Source: Candidatus Avoscillospira stercorigallinarum
GTDB lineage: Bacteria > Bacillota > Clostridia > Oscillospirales > Oscillospiraceae
Reading direction: 5' to 3'
Length of the DNA: 64,000 nucleotides
Assembly: GCA_018713205.1 (NCBI GenBank)
Contig: DVFN01000015.1
Span: 23,553 to 87,552 of the forward strand
This document shows, piece by piece, positions 36,628 to 46,266 of the stretch (its first letter is position 1; every line of letters begins with the position of its first letter). The position numbers were made by a program, and so were the translations under genes. The notes below the pieces were generated by a model that ran no database searches, was not told where the DNA came from, and saw nothing but the letters and a program-made list of their open reading frames with translations.

Positions 36628-37914
36628 TTATACACGATCGGAAGGAAAATTTCCAGTCGGATTCTTTCCTGTGCAGATAGAAGCGCCCAAAGCCCGGAGT
36701 TTTTCCTCCAGTTTATCATACCCCCGGCGCAGATGTTTTATCCCTGTGACGGCGCTTTCCCCGGGGGCCTGGAGGGCGGCCAGCACCAGGGACGCCGCGC
36801 CCCGGAGGTCGGTGCCCTCCACCAGGGCCGGACGCAGGGCCTCCACGCCCCGGACTGTGGCTCCTGCACCGACCACCTCGATTTCCGCGCCGAACTTCCG
36901 CAGCTGGGCCACATGGGCGAAGCGGCGCTCGAAGATGGTCTCGGCGAAGCGGCTCTCGCCCCGGGCGCGCAGAAGGGCCGCCATCATCGGCGCCTGGACG
37001 TCGGTGGGAAAGCCGGGGTAGGGGGCTGTGGCGATTTCGGAGACGGCCCGGAGCCGCCCCTCGGACCGGAGTGTTACCGTGTCCCGGCCCCTGCAAATTT
37101 CGCACCCGGCATCGGTCAGCGCGTCCAGCACCGGGCCTATGTACTTGCCGTCGGTGCCGGTCAGGGCCACGTCGCCGCCGCAGCCGGCACAGGCGCAGAG
37201 AAAGGTCGCCGTCTCGATCCGGTCAGCCATGACGGTATAGGACGCCCCGTGGAGGGGCGCGCCGCCGCGGATGGTGATGGTATCGGTGCCCAGGCCCGCG
37301 ATGTCGGCGCCCATGGCCTGGAGGAACCGGCCCAGATCCTCGATTTCCGGCTCCCGGGCGGCGTTCTGGAGGACCACGGTGCCGCCGCAGCCCACGGCGG
37401 TCAGAAGTACGTTTTCCGTCGCGCCGACGCTGGGAAACAGCAGCTCAATGGCTGCGCCATGGAGCGCCGGGGCCTCGCAGAGGATGGAACCCTCCCGGAG
37501 CACCACCGAGGTCCCCATCCGGGCCACGGCGTCCAGATGCAGGTCGATGGGCCGCCGTCCCAGCGGACAGCCGCCGGGCATGGTCAGGGCTGCCGCGCCG
37601 AAGCGGGTCAGCAGCGCCCCGAGAAACAGCACCGAGGCCCGCATCCGACCCATCAGGGAGCCGGGAATGGCGTGACGGCGGACGTTTCGAGTGTCCACCC
37701 GCAGCGTGTCGCCCCGGCGGCTCACGCTGCCGCCCAGGGCTTCGATGATCTCCCCGGCCAGGGCTACGTCGGTAATGGCCGGGCAGCGGCTGATGGTATA
37801 CTGCGCCCCGTGGGCCACGGTGGCTGCCAGAATAGGCAGCGCGGCATTCTTGGACCCGCTGATGGCAATGCAGCCCTTCAGGGGCCTTCCTCCGTCGATC
37901 AACAAAGCCTCCAT
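36628..37914 (-). CDS. murA: UDP-N-acetylglucosamine 1-carboxyvinyltransferase
   Basis: 428 aa. ISGSKNAALPILAA N-terminus, catalytic-Cys loop PGGCPLGRRPIDLH, and EPSP-synthase-type fold repeats. Confidence 0.92.
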   Translation of the reverse strand: MEALLIDGGRPLKGCIAISGSKNAALPILAATVAHGAQYTISRCPAITDVALAGEIIEALGGSVSRRGDTLRVDTRNVRRHAIPGSLMGRMRASVLFLGALLTRFGAAALTMPGGCPLGRRPIDLHLDAVARMGTSVVLREGSILCEAPALHGAAIELLFPSVGATENVLLTAVGCGGTVVLQNAAREPEIEDLGRFLQAMGADIAGLGTDTITIRGGAPLHGASYTVMADRIETATFLCACAGCGGDVALTGTDGKYIGPVLDALTDAGCEICRGRDTVTLRSEGRLRAVSEIATAPYPGFPTDVQAPMMAALLRARGESRFAETIFERRFAHVAQLRKFGAEIEVVGAGATVRGVEALRPALVEGTDLRGAASLVLAALQAPGESAVTGIKHLRRGYDKLEEKLRALGASICTGKNPTGNFPSDRV

Positions 37915-38005
37915 AGGCGCCTCCCCAAGGTTTTTGCCATCCTATGCGGGAGCCGGTCGAGACGTGCGGGAGGCAAAACGGGGGAAAGCGGCGTGAGAAA
38001 GGCCT

Positions 38006-39214
38006 CTAGGCTCTGCTCAGCTCTACAAAAAAGCGGTTGACGCCGTTTTCACTCTCGGCCCAGAGTCTGCCCCGGTGGGCGGTGACGATGGCCTGGGCGA
38101 TGGAGAGTCCCAAGCCGTAGCTGCCGTCGCGGCGGCGGGACGGGTCGCCCCGGTAGAAGCGCTTGAAGATTTCGGTCCGCTGGGCCTCAGTCAGGGGCTC
38201 ACCCCCGTTGGCCACGGTCAAGCGGCAGCGAGTCCGGCCGTAGGCCCGGAGCGTTACCGTCACCGTGCCGCCGGGGCGGCTGTATTTCCGGGCGTTGTCC
38301 AGGAATATGGACACCAGCTCCTGCAGCCGCGCCGGATCGCCCTGGACCGAGATGCCCGGTTCCACATCCAGCTCCAGCGTCAGCCCCGCTTCAAAGAGCA
38401 CCGCCTCCAGAGGCAAAGCCGCCTGGGTTACGGCGTTGCTCCAGTCTACCGGCGCCAGGGCCGACGGGTCCGGCGCCTGCTCTGCCCGGGCCAGGGATAA
38501 AAGCTGCTCCACCAGGGAGCGCATCTGCCGGGCCATGGTCAGAATATTGTCGGCGCTGCTCTGGCGGGCGTCGGGGGCAGTGGCGGGACTCTGGAGCAGC
38601 TCGGCGCTGGTGGTGATGACCGCCAGCGGCGTTTTCAGCTCATGGGAGGCGGCGGTCACAAAATCCCGCTGCTGCGCCATGGCGTTCTCCAGCGGCCGGA
38701 CCGCCCACTTGGAGAGCAGGACGCTGCCCCAGAGAAAGGCAAAAAAGCTGATTAGCCCGAGAATCACACAGGTTTGCGTCAGACTTCGGAGGGTGGACAG
38801 CTCGCTGGAGATATCTGCGAAGACCAGGCACTGGCGGTAGGGCGTCTCCACCCGGAGAAATCGAAGATGGTATGCTTCGATGACGCCCAGAGGACGGTCG
38901 CTCTCCTCCACGGCGTCCAGCAGGTCCCGCAGGAAGTCCTCGTCAGACAGATCATAATATCCGCCGCCTACGGCGACGATCACGCCGCCCGGAGCCACCT
39001 GGATGGTGAAGAAGGGCAGCCGTACGTCTTCGCCCGGCTCGTCGGGCAGCCCCACCTGGAAGGGGTGGGCGGCGATATTCTCCATCATGGCGATGCTCTT
39101 CTGCTCCAGGTCGGAGCGGGTAAAGTGAAACACCAGCCCGAAGATGACCGCCAGCAGCAGCGTAGCCACGGTCATATTGATGAGGATGAATTTCAGACGC
39201 AGCTTTCGGATCAT
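38006..39214 (-). CDS. sensor histidine kinase
   Basis: 402 aa. Two TM segments, H-box ASHELKTPLAVI, N/G boxes (FLDNARKY, GLGLSIAQAIV). Overlaps the response regulator stop by 4 nt. Confidence 0.88.
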   Translation of the reverse strand: MIRKLRLKFILINMTVATLLLAVIFGLVFHFTRSDLEQKSIAMMENIAAHPFQVGLPDEPGEDVRLPFFTIQVAPGGVIVAVGGGYYDLSDEDFLRDLLDAVEESDRPLGVIEAYHLRFLRVETPYRQCLVFADISSELSTLRSLTQTCVILGLISFFAFLWGSVLLSKWAVRPLENAMAQQRDFVTAASHELKTPLAVITTSAELLQSPATAPDARQSSADNILTMARQMRSLVEQLLSLARAEQAPDPSALAPVDWSNAVTQAALPLEAVLFEAGLTLELDVEPGISVQGDPARLQELVSIFLDNARKYSRPGGTVTVTLRAYGRTRCRLTVANGGEPLTEAQRTEIFKRFYRGDPSRRRDGSYGLGLSIAQAIVTAHRGRLWAESENGVNRFFVELSRA

Positions 39215-39882
39215 GGCGTGGCCTCCAGATGATAGCCCAGACGGCGGATGGACTCGATGCGGACATTGGAGCCGATGCTCAGGAGCTTTTTGCGGAGAAA
39301 GCCGATGTAGACCTCCACATGGTTTTCCACGGCCTCGGAGTCGAAGCCCCAGACGGCGGTGAGAATGGCCTCCTTGGAGAGATTTTTGGCGCCGGCTTTG
39401 AGCAGCAGCCGCATGACCTCGAACTCCTTGGCCGAGAGCCGTACGGACCTGTCGCCGCAGAGAAGCGTGGCGGACTGAAGGTCCAGCACCGTGTTGCCAA
39501 AGGTCAGTTCATCCACCTGCGCGCCCTGCCGCCGCAGAAGGGCGTTGATGCAGGCCAGCAGCTCCCGGGAATCGAAGGGCTTGGGCAGATAGTAGTCCGC
39601 CCCGGCGTTGAGCCCGGTAATCCGGTCCTCCAGCCCCGACCGGGCGGTCAGCATCAGAATGGGCGTCCCCAGATGCTGGGCCCGCAGCGACCGGGCCAGG
39701 GTAAAACCGTCGATTTTGGGCAGCATCACGTCCAGAATCAGAAGATCGTAGACGCCGGACAGCGCATAGTCCGCCCCAGCCTCGCCGTCGTATACCGCCT
39801 CGGCCTCGAACCCCTTCTGCCGGAGCAGCGCCGCCATGGAATCGGCCAGCCTCACCTCGTCCTCGATAATGAGAATTTTCAA
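39211..39882 (-). CDS. OmpR-family response regulator
   Basis: 223 aa with a TTG start. Receiver domain (ILIIEDE, LLILDVMLP, MLTAR) plus a winged-helix output domain (LSAKEFEVMRLL ... RRLGY). Confidence 0.9.
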   Translation of the reverse strand: MKILIIEDEVRLADSMAALLRQKGFEAEAVYDGEAGADYALSGVYDLLILDVMLPKIDGFTLARSLRAQHLGTPILMLTARSGLEDRITGLNAGADYYLPKPFDSRELLACINALLRRQGAQVDELTFGNTVLDLQSATLLCGDRSVRLSAKEFEVMRLLLKAGAKNLSKEAILTAVWGFDSEAVENHVEVYIGFLRKKLLSIGSNVRIESIRRLGYHLEATP

Positions 39883-39920
39883 GCTACCACCGCCTTGCGG
39901 AAAAATAGAGAATGGAAAAC

Positions 39921-40287
39921 AGGCGGCAAATCCGCCCCTACATGCACACGCTGGCGTTTCCCACTGTAGGGGCGCATTTTATATGCGCCCGGACCGCACC
40001 GCCGGAACCACCGGGCAAGCAGTCAACGCGGCCCTGACCGGGCGGCTGATAGCCGCCCCTACGGCGCATGTTCGACCTGGTCCGTAGGGCGGGGTGCCCA
40101 CACCCCGCCAAACCAGGCCGCCGGAACTACCAGGCTAGCGGTCAACGAGACCCGGTCGTGGCGGCATGTGGGCATGCCGCCCTACAGTGTTCGGCGGGAA
40201 TCAGGGGCGCATTCGGGCGGATATATAATCCGCCCCTACATGTGCCCGCTGCCGTTTCCCGTCGTAGGGGCGGCTATCAGCCGCCCG
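39921..40287. repeat. REP/BIME-like cluster G (7 units)
   Basis: Units 39921-39941(-), 39966-39991(+), 40039-40062(-), 40084-40109(+), 40160-40185(-), 40214-40239(-), 40264-40287(+). Confidence 0.9.
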
Positions 40288-40456
40288 CGAGGTCCGGCGG
40301 TCTGTTATTGTATTTATTTGTATTATATCAGATTTTCTTTTCCCCGGCAACCAACGTCCCGGGGCGGGGATCATCCGGAATGACCGCGGGTATCTGGAGC
40401 TGATGCCGGCGTATCGGTAAAATGGGCCGATTTATTCCAGAAAACGGGGGAAGCGA

Positions 40457-40485
40457 TTGACAACCTCTTCCGGCTGTGGTACGCT
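40457..40485 (+). promoter_or_regulatory. candidate sigma-A promoter of aminotransferase operon
   Basis: TTGACA (40457-40462) - 17 nt - TGgTACGCT (extended -10, 40480-40485), about 55 nt upstream of ATG 40539. Confidence 0.55.
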
Positions 40486-40497
40486 CTTTTTATACAA

Positions 40498-40515
40498 TGT
40501 GAACGAGCATTCACA
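40498..40515. promoter_or_regulatory. candidate TetR operator palindrome
   Basis: TGTGAA-cgagca-TTCACA inverted repeat between the promoter and the AGGAGG RBS (40525-40530). The operon encodes a TetR-family regulator. Confidence 0.5.
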
Positions 40516-40538
40516 CCAATTTCCAGGAGGTTAGAGCC

Positions 40539-42029
40539 ATGGCTTACAACGGATTTGCAATCGACGAATATCTGGACGCGGCGGCTGTGACGGCGCAGCT
40601 GGACGCGCTGATTCAAAAGCCGGTTTACTCCATCCGGCGGGACCGGCTCAAGGGGTATGTGGAGGACTATTTCGAGGCCAAATGCCCCCAGTCCAAGGCC
40701 ATGATTGCCCAGGCCAAGAGGGTCATTCCCGGCGGCGTGCAGCACAATCTGGCCTTCAACTATCCCTTCCCCATTGTCATCACCAAGGCCGAGGGGGCCA
40801 AGCTCTACGACCTGGACGGCAACTGGTACTATGACCTGCTCCAGGCCGGCGGGCCCACGATTCTGGGCAGCAATATGCCCGCCGTGCGGGAGCCGGTCAT
40901 CGAGCTGCTCAACACCTGCGGCCCCTCCACGGGCCTGTTCCACGAGTACGAGTACAAGCTGGCCAAGAAGATTTCCGAGCTGGTGCCCTCGGTGGAGATG
41001 TTCCGGATGCTGGGCTCCGGCACCGAGGCGTGTATGTGCGCCGTCCGCATTGCCCGGCTGAAGACCGGCCATAAGAACATTCTCAAGATGGGCGGCGCAT
41101 ACCACGGCTGGTCGGACCAGCTGGCCTACGGCATCCGGGTGCCGGGCACCAAGGGGCTTCTGTCCAAGGGCGTGCCGGGCTTCGTATTCAAGCACACCGA
41201 CGAGTTCTTCCCGGGGGACCTGGAGGATCTGGAGCGGAAGCTCAAGGCCAACCGCCTGACCGGCGGCACGGCGGCGGTGTTCCTGGAGCCTGTGGGCCCC
41301 GAGAGCGGCACCCGGCCCGTCAGCAAGGAATTCGTTCGCGGCGCGGCCAAGCTGGCCCGGGATTACGGCGCGCTGCTGATCTTTGACGAGGTGGTCACCG
41401 GCTTCCGCATCGGCCTCAGCGGCGCCCAGGGCTACTTCGGCGTGGACCCGGACCTGACCATCTTCGGCAAGATCATCGCCGGCGGCTACCCCGGCGCGGG
41501 CGGCATCGGCGGCCACGCCGACTGCATGGCCCACTTGGGGGCGGGCCTGGATTCCTCGGGCAAGAAGGTGGCCAAGGCCATGTGCGGCGGCACCATGGCG
41601 GCCACGCCCATCTCCTGCGTGGCGGGCTACCACGCCCTCTGCGAGATTGAGCGGACCAACGCCTGCGAGGCGGCGGGGCGCATGGGCGACCGGCTGACCA
41701 AGGGCCTCCAGGCGCTGATTGCCAAGTACAAGCTGCCCTTTGTGGCCTTCAACCAGGGCTCCATCTGCCATCTGGACAGCGTGGGCACCATGCACTTCGC
41801 CATCGACTGGAAGAAGCCCTGGACCATCCCCCAGATTCTCAAGGAGACCGGCATCCGTCAGAAGGAGATGGAGCACATGGGCGCGGCCTATATGGCCGAG
41901 GGCATCGTGACGCTGGCGGGGTCCCGGCTCTACACCAGCGCCGCCTATACCGAGGAGATGATCGACGACGTGCTGGCCCGGTTTGAGCGGGTCTTCTCCC
42001 ACTGCGGGCGGCTGGAGGTCCGGCGATGA
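40539..42029 (+). CDS. class-III PLP aminotransferase / glutamate-1-semialdehyde aminomutase-like protein
   Basis: 496 aa. HemL-like motifs (GSGTEA, LLIFDEVVTGFR, PLP-Lys in IFGKIIAGGYP) with an N-terminal extension of about 60 aa. Confidence 0.85.
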   Translation: MAYNGFAIDEYLDAAAVTAQLDALIQKPVYSIRRDRLKGYVEDYFEAKCPQSKAMIAQAKRVIPGGVQHNLAFNYPFPIVITKAEGAKLYDLDGNWYYDLLQAGGPTILGSNMPAVREPVIELLNTCGPSTGLFHEYEYKLAKKISELVPSVEMFRMLGSGTEACMCAVRIARLKTGHKNILKMGGAYHGWSDQLAYGIRVPGTKGLLSKGVPGFVFKHTDEFFPGDLEDLERKLKANRLTGGTAAVFLEPVGPESGTRPVSKEFVRGAAKLARDYGALLIFDEVVTGFRIGLSGAQGYFGVDPDLTIFGKIIAGGYPGAGGIGGHADCMAHLGAGLDSSGKKVAKAMCGGTMAATPISCVAGYHALCEIERTNACEAAGRMGDRLTKGLQALIAKYKLPFVAFNQGSICHLDSVGTMHFAIDWKKPWTIPQILKETGIRQKEMEHMGAAYMAEGIVTLAGSRLYTSAAYTEEMIDDVLARFERVFSHCGRLEVRR

Positions 42030-43141
42030 CCGCCGCCGAGGCCCAGGCCCGGGCGGCCGTGGTGGAGGCGGGAAAGCGCCTCCTCAGCCGGGGCCTGGTG
42101 GAGCGCACCTGGGGCAACGTCAGCGCCCGGGTGTCGGAGACGCACTTTGTCATCACCCCCAGCGGCATGGCCTATGAGACCCTCCGGCCCGAGGATCTGG
42201 TGCTGGTGGATCTGCGGGATCGGAGCTGGCAGGGCAGCCGCAAGCCCTCCAGTGAAACCGGCATCCATGCCGACGCCTACCGGCTCCGGCCGGAGGTGGG
42301 CTTCGTGATCCACACCCACCAGCCCCAGGCCAGCCTGTGCAGCACCGCCGGACGGGGCTTTTCTGTGGAGCATCCGAGCCTGGGCGGCTTTGTCCCCTGC
42401 ACAGCCTACGGTTTGCCCTCCACCCAGACTTTGCGCCGGGCTGTCAAGGCCCAGGTGCTGGCCCATCCCGACAGCCCGGGGTTCCTGCTGAAGAGCCACG
42501 GGGCCCTCTGTCTGGGACGGGATGCCGCCGAGGCCTTTGCCGTGTCCGAGGCCCTGGAGCAGGTCTGCGAGGCCCGGGTGTCCGCCGCCCTGCCGCCCCT
42601 GGCCACGCCGCCGCTGCCGGACCTGGGGATCAGCCGCCGGAGCGGCCGCATGTTCACCCTGACCCGCCATGGTCAGGACCGGATTTACCGCGTGAGCGAC
42701 CTGGGGCTCCGGGGCCCGGCGGCCATCCATGCCGCCATCTACCGCATGACCTCGGCCCAGGCCGTGTTTCACAGCGCCGCGCCGGAGACGGCGGCGGCCA
42801 GCTGGCGGCGTGGTCCGTTCCGGCCCATGCTGGACGATCTGGCCCAGATTGCCGGGGCGGAAATCGTCACAGCGGAGCCCAAGCCGACCCCCATCGCCTG
42901 CGGCCTGGTGGCCTGCGACGCGGTGATGGTCCGGGGCCTGGGAGCCCTGTGTACCGGCGCGACTCTGGAGGAGGCCCGGGTCGTGGCTTCGTTGTTGGAG
43001 AAGGGGGCCCGAGCCTGGCGCTACGGCACCGTGACGCCGGGCTGCGGCCCGCTGGACCGGCGGGACGCCTGGCTGATGCGGCTGATCTACGTCACGCAGT
43101 ACGCCAAGCGCCGGGGGAAGCCCGATGAAAAAGCTCACTGA
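42026..43141 (+). CDS. class II aldolase/adducin-family protein (tandem two-domain)
   Basis: 371 aa. The N-terminal half carries FucA/MtnB-type motifs (TWGNVSAR, ITPSG, SSETGIHA, VIHTHQP). The C-terminal half is a degenerate second copy. ATGA overlap with the upstream gene. Confidence 0.8.
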   Translation: MTAAEAQARAAVVEAGKRLLSRGLVERTWGNVSARVSETHFVITPSGMAYETLRPEDLVLVDLRDRSWQGSRKPSSETGIHADAYRLRPEVGFVIHTHQPQASLCSTAGRGFSVEHPSLGGFVPCTAYGLPSTQTLRRAVKAQVLAHPDSPGFLLKSHGALCLGRDAAEAFAVSEALEQVCEARVSAALPPLATPPLPDLGISRRSGRMFTLTRHGQDRIYRVSDLGLRGPAAIHAAIYRMTSAQAVFHSAAPETAAASWRRGPFRPMLDDLAQIAGAEIVTAEPKPTPIACGLVACDAVMVRGLGALCTGATLEEARVVASLLEKGARAWRYGTVTPGCGPLDRRDAWLMRLIYVTQYAKRRGKPDEKAH

Positions 43142-43778
43142 CGAAAAGCAGGCGGCGCTGCTGGAGGCGGGGATCGCGGCCTTTGCTCGGGCGGGCTTCC
43201 GCGGCGCGTCCATCGGGGCCATTGCCGGGGCGGCGGGAACCAGCGTCGGCGTTCTCTATAAATACTATGAGAACAAGGAGGCCTTCTTCGACGCCTGTCT
43301 GCGCCACAGTCTCCGGTCCCTGGAGGCGCTGCTGGACCAGGTGACGGCGGAGGAGGGAAAGCTCCTGGACAGCGCCCGGCAGCTGATCCGGGGCCTCCAG
43401 GCCTTTTCCCGGACCCATCCGGACCATGTCCGGCTCTACCACCGGATCACGGCCTCCCAGGGGGCGGCGGCGGTCCGGCTGGCCGGGGCCATCGAGTCCG
43501 TCACCGCCCGGCTCTACACCGATTGGATCGCCAGAGCCCAGGCCGAGGGCGCGGTCCGGAGCGACATGGACCCCCGGCTCTTCGCGCTGTTCTTTGACAA
43601 TCTGCTGATGATGACTCAGTTCACCGGCTGCTGCGACTACTACCGGGCGCGGCTGGCCTTTTACCGCGACCCGCCGCCGTCGGACGAGACGGTGGAGGAG
43701 GAGCTCTTAAAGTTTCTGGAATCGGCCTTTACCCTGGAGCAGGCGGCCATTTCCCACAGGGAAGAGGAGAGAAAATGA
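43125..43778 (+). CDS. TetR/AcrR-family transcriptional regulator
   Basis: 217 aa. N-terminal HTH (FARAGFRGASIGAIAGAAGTSVGVLYKYYENKEAFF). Overlaps the aldolase gene by 17 nt. Confidence 0.88.
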   Translation: MKKLTDEKQAALLEAGIAAFARAGFRGASIGAIAGAAGTSVGVLYKYYENKEAFFDACLRHSLRSLEALLDQVTAEEGKLLDSARQLIRGLQAFSRTHPDHVRLYHRITASQGAAAVRLAGAIESVTARLYTDWIARAQAEGAVRSDMDPRLFALFFDNLLMMTQFTGCCDYYRARLAFYRDPPPSDETVEEELLKFLESAFTLEQAAISHREEERK

Positions 43779-45379
43779 CCTACGTACTTGCCTACGATAT
43801 CGGCACCACCGGCGTAAAGACCTGCCTGTTTGCCCTGGGGCAGGCCGTGTCCCTGGTGGAGAGCGCCAGCCAGGGCTACGGCCTGACCATCCTGCCCGAC
43901 GGCGGGGCCGAGCAGGACCCGGAAGATTGGTGGAGCACCATGGCGGCCACGACCCGGGCCATCTTTGAGAAGACCGACGTGCCGCCGGCGCAGGTGGCGG
44001 GCCTCTCCTTTTGCAGCCAGATGCAGGGTCTGGTCCTGGTGGATCAGACCGGTGCGCCGGTGCGGCCCGCCATGAGCTATATGGACCAGCGGGCCAAGGC
44101 GGAGCTGAAGGCCGGGATTGCCCACGGCGTTCAGATCGCCGGGGCCAATGTGGGCAAGCTGCTGACCAGCCTCCGGCTGACCGGGGCCGTGTCCAGCAGC
44201 GTCAAGGACCCCCTTTGGAAGTACAAGTGGGTGGAGGCCCATGAACCCGAGGTATTCCGCCGGGTGTGGAAGTGGCTGGACGTGAAGGAGTATCTGATTC
44301 TCCGCTGCACGGGCAGAGCTGTGATGACGCCGGACAGCGCCTATGCGACCTTCCTCTACGACACCCGGAAGGGCCATGAGGGCTGGAGCCCCAAGCTCTG
44401 CCGGATGTTCGGCGTCAATCCGGCCCATCTGCCGGAGATCTGCCCGGCCACCGAGGCCGTGGGCGGGCTGACGGCGCAGGCGGCGGCGGACCTGGGGCTG
44501 GCGCCGGGCATCCCGGTTTTCGGCGGCGGCGGAGACGCCGCGCTGATCGGCGTGGGAGCCGGCGCCACCCGGGTGGGGGACACCCATATCTACTGCGGCA
44601 CCTCCGGCTGGGTCACCACGGTCACCGACCGGCAGATGGTGGACGTCACGGCCATGATCGCCGCCATTGTCGGCGCGCAGCCGGGCCGGTACAACTATTT
44701 TGCCGAGATGGAGACGGCGGGGAAATGCCTGGAGTGGGTCAAGGACCATCTGGCCCTGGACGAAATCGGCATCTATCTCCAGAAGCAAAATGTGGCCGAG
44801 AGCCAGGAGGCAATTTACACCAGCCTGTATGATTATCTCAGCGACGCCATTCGGGACGTGCCGCCCGGCTCCGGCGGCGTGATCTTCACGCCCTGGCTCC
44901 ACGGCAACCGCTGCCCCTTCGAGGACCCCCATGCCGCGGGCATGTTTTTCAACATCCGGCTGGAGACCGGCAAGACCGAGCTGATCCACGCGGTGATCGA
45001 GGGAACCTGCTATCACCTGCGGTGGATGCTGGAGTGTCAGGACCGGAAGCTCCATACCTCCGATCCCATTCGCTTTGTGGGCGGCGGGGCCTTGTCGCCG
45101 GTGACCTGCCAGCGGCTGGCCGATATCACGGGCCGGAAGATCGAGGTGGTGGCCCATCCCCAGAACGTGGGCGCGGTGGGCGCGGCGGCGGTCATCGCCG
45201 TGGGCCTGGGGCTGATCCCCAGCCTGGACACCGTGCGGGATTTTATCCCCGTGGCCGCGGCATATAAGCCGGACCCGGCCAAAACCAAGGCCTATGCGCC
45301 GTATTTTACCGTATTCAAGCGCCTGTACCGGGACAACCGGAAGAGCTTCCGGCTGCTGGGCGGCGCGGAGGAGAATTGA
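43775..45379 (+). CDS. FGGY-family carbohydrate kinase (xylulokinase-like)
   Basis: 534 aa. YVLAYDIGTTGVKT phosphate-1 motif, GGGDAA, and a GGGALS C-terminal motif. ATGA overlap upstream. Confidence 0.88.
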   Translation: MTYVLAYDIGTTGVKTCLFALGQAVSLVESASQGYGLTILPDGGAEQDPEDWWSTMAATTRAIFEKTDVPPAQVAGLSFCSQMQGLVLVDQTGAPVRPAMSYMDQRAKAELKAGIAHGVQIAGANVGKLLTSLRLTGAVSSSVKDPLWKYKWVEAHEPEVFRRVWKWLDVKEYLILRCTGRAVMTPDSAYATFLYDTRKGHEGWSPKLCRMFGVNPAHLPEICPATEAVGGLTAQAAADLGLAPGIPVFGGGGDAALIGVGAGATRVGDTHIYCGTSGWVTTVTDRQMVDVTAMIAAIVGAQPGRYNYFAEMETAGKCLEWVKDHLALDEIGIYLQKQNVAESQEAIYTSLYDYLSDAIRDVPPGSGGVIFTPWLHGNRCPFEDPHAAGMFFNIRLETGKTELIHAVIEGTCYHLRWMLECQDRKLHTSDPIRFVGGGALSPVTCQRLADITGRKIEVVAHPQNVGAVGAAAVIAVGLGLIPSLDTVRDFIPVAAAYKPDPAKTKAYAPYFTVFKRLYRDNRKSFRLLGGAEEN

Positions 45380-45798
45380 TGAGAAAGAAAGAACTGATCC
45401 GCTCGCTGAAATTTCTGTGCTTTTCCCTGTCGGCGGGGGTCATCCAGATTGTGACCTTCACCCTGCTCAATGAGCTGGTGCGGTGGCCCTACTGGCCCTG
45501 CTATCTGATTGCCCTGGTGCTGTCGGTGGTGTGGAACTTCACCCTGAACCGCCGCTATACCTTCCAGTCGGCCAATAACGTCCCCAAGGCCATGGCCCAG
45601 GTCTTCGGCTTCTACTGCGTCTTCACCCCGGCCTCCACGGTGCTGGGCAGCTATTTGGCCGACACCCTCCTGTGGAACGAGTACCTGGTGACCATCCTCA
45701 ATATGGTGTCCAATTTTGTCCTGGAGTACCTTTTCGACCGCCTGGTGGTCTTCCGCAAATCCATCGATACCAACGACCGGGCAGGGAAGCAGGTGTAA
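45376..45798 (+). CDS. GtrA-family membrane protein
   Basis: 140 aa. Four hydrophobic helices and the GtrA signature (F.LNRR(Y/F)TF). ATGA overlap with the kinase stop. Confidence 0.8.
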   Translation: MMRKKELIRSLKFLCFSLSAGVIQIVTFTLLNELVRWPYWPCYLIALVLSVVWNFTLNRRYTFQSANNVPKAMAQVFGFYCVFTPASTVLGSYLADTLLWNEYLVTILNMVSNFVLEYLFDRLVVFRKSIDTNDRAGKQV

Positions 45799-45833
45799 AG
45801 CCCGCGATTCCCGCCGCGCCCGCGCCGAACGCC

Positions 45834-46136
45834 GTAGGGCGGCATGCCCACATGCCGCCATGGCTGAGCTGCGATGATTGCAAGTCTGGTGGTCCCGTTG
45901 GCTCGGTTTGGCGGGGTGTGGGCACCCCGCCCTACGGACCAGGTTGATGGCACGCCGTAGGGGCGGCTATTAGCCGCCCGCCCAGGCCCGCGATTCCCGC
46001 TGCGCCCGCGCCGAACGCCGTAGGGCCCCGCAGACCGTAGGCCTGGTGATCCCGGTGGTGCGGCACGGGCGGCTGCTAGCCGCCCCTACGACGGAAACCG
46101 GCATACACCTGTAGGGGCGGATTGTATATCCGCCCG
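45834..46136. repeat. REP/BIME-like cluster H (5 clear + 2 degenerate units)
   Basis: Units 45834-45859(+), 45910-45935(-), 45957-45980(+), 46066-46089(-), 46111-46136(+). Degenerate heads occur near 46019 and 46165. The linker CCCGCGATTCCCGCC..CGCCGAACGCC is repeated at 45800 and 45987. Confidence 0.9.
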
Positions 46137-46266
46137 AAAACGCCCGCGATTCCCGCCAAACCCCGTAGGGCGGCGGGGTTCTGGAATCGGAGAAGCACAA
46201 ACAAGCCCCGAGGGAAAATTCCCCCGGGGTTTTGATACAAATTCGATACAGCCGAACCGTAGAATA

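Noticed and set aside
40371-45157. Minus-strand ORFs 40371-42002, 41945-43222, 43661-45157 opposite the aminotransferase-aldolase-kinase operon
   Set aside because: These are shadow ORFs. The plus-strand genes have catalytic motifs, overlapping start/stop coupling and a promoter/RBS. The antisense translations are low-complexity.
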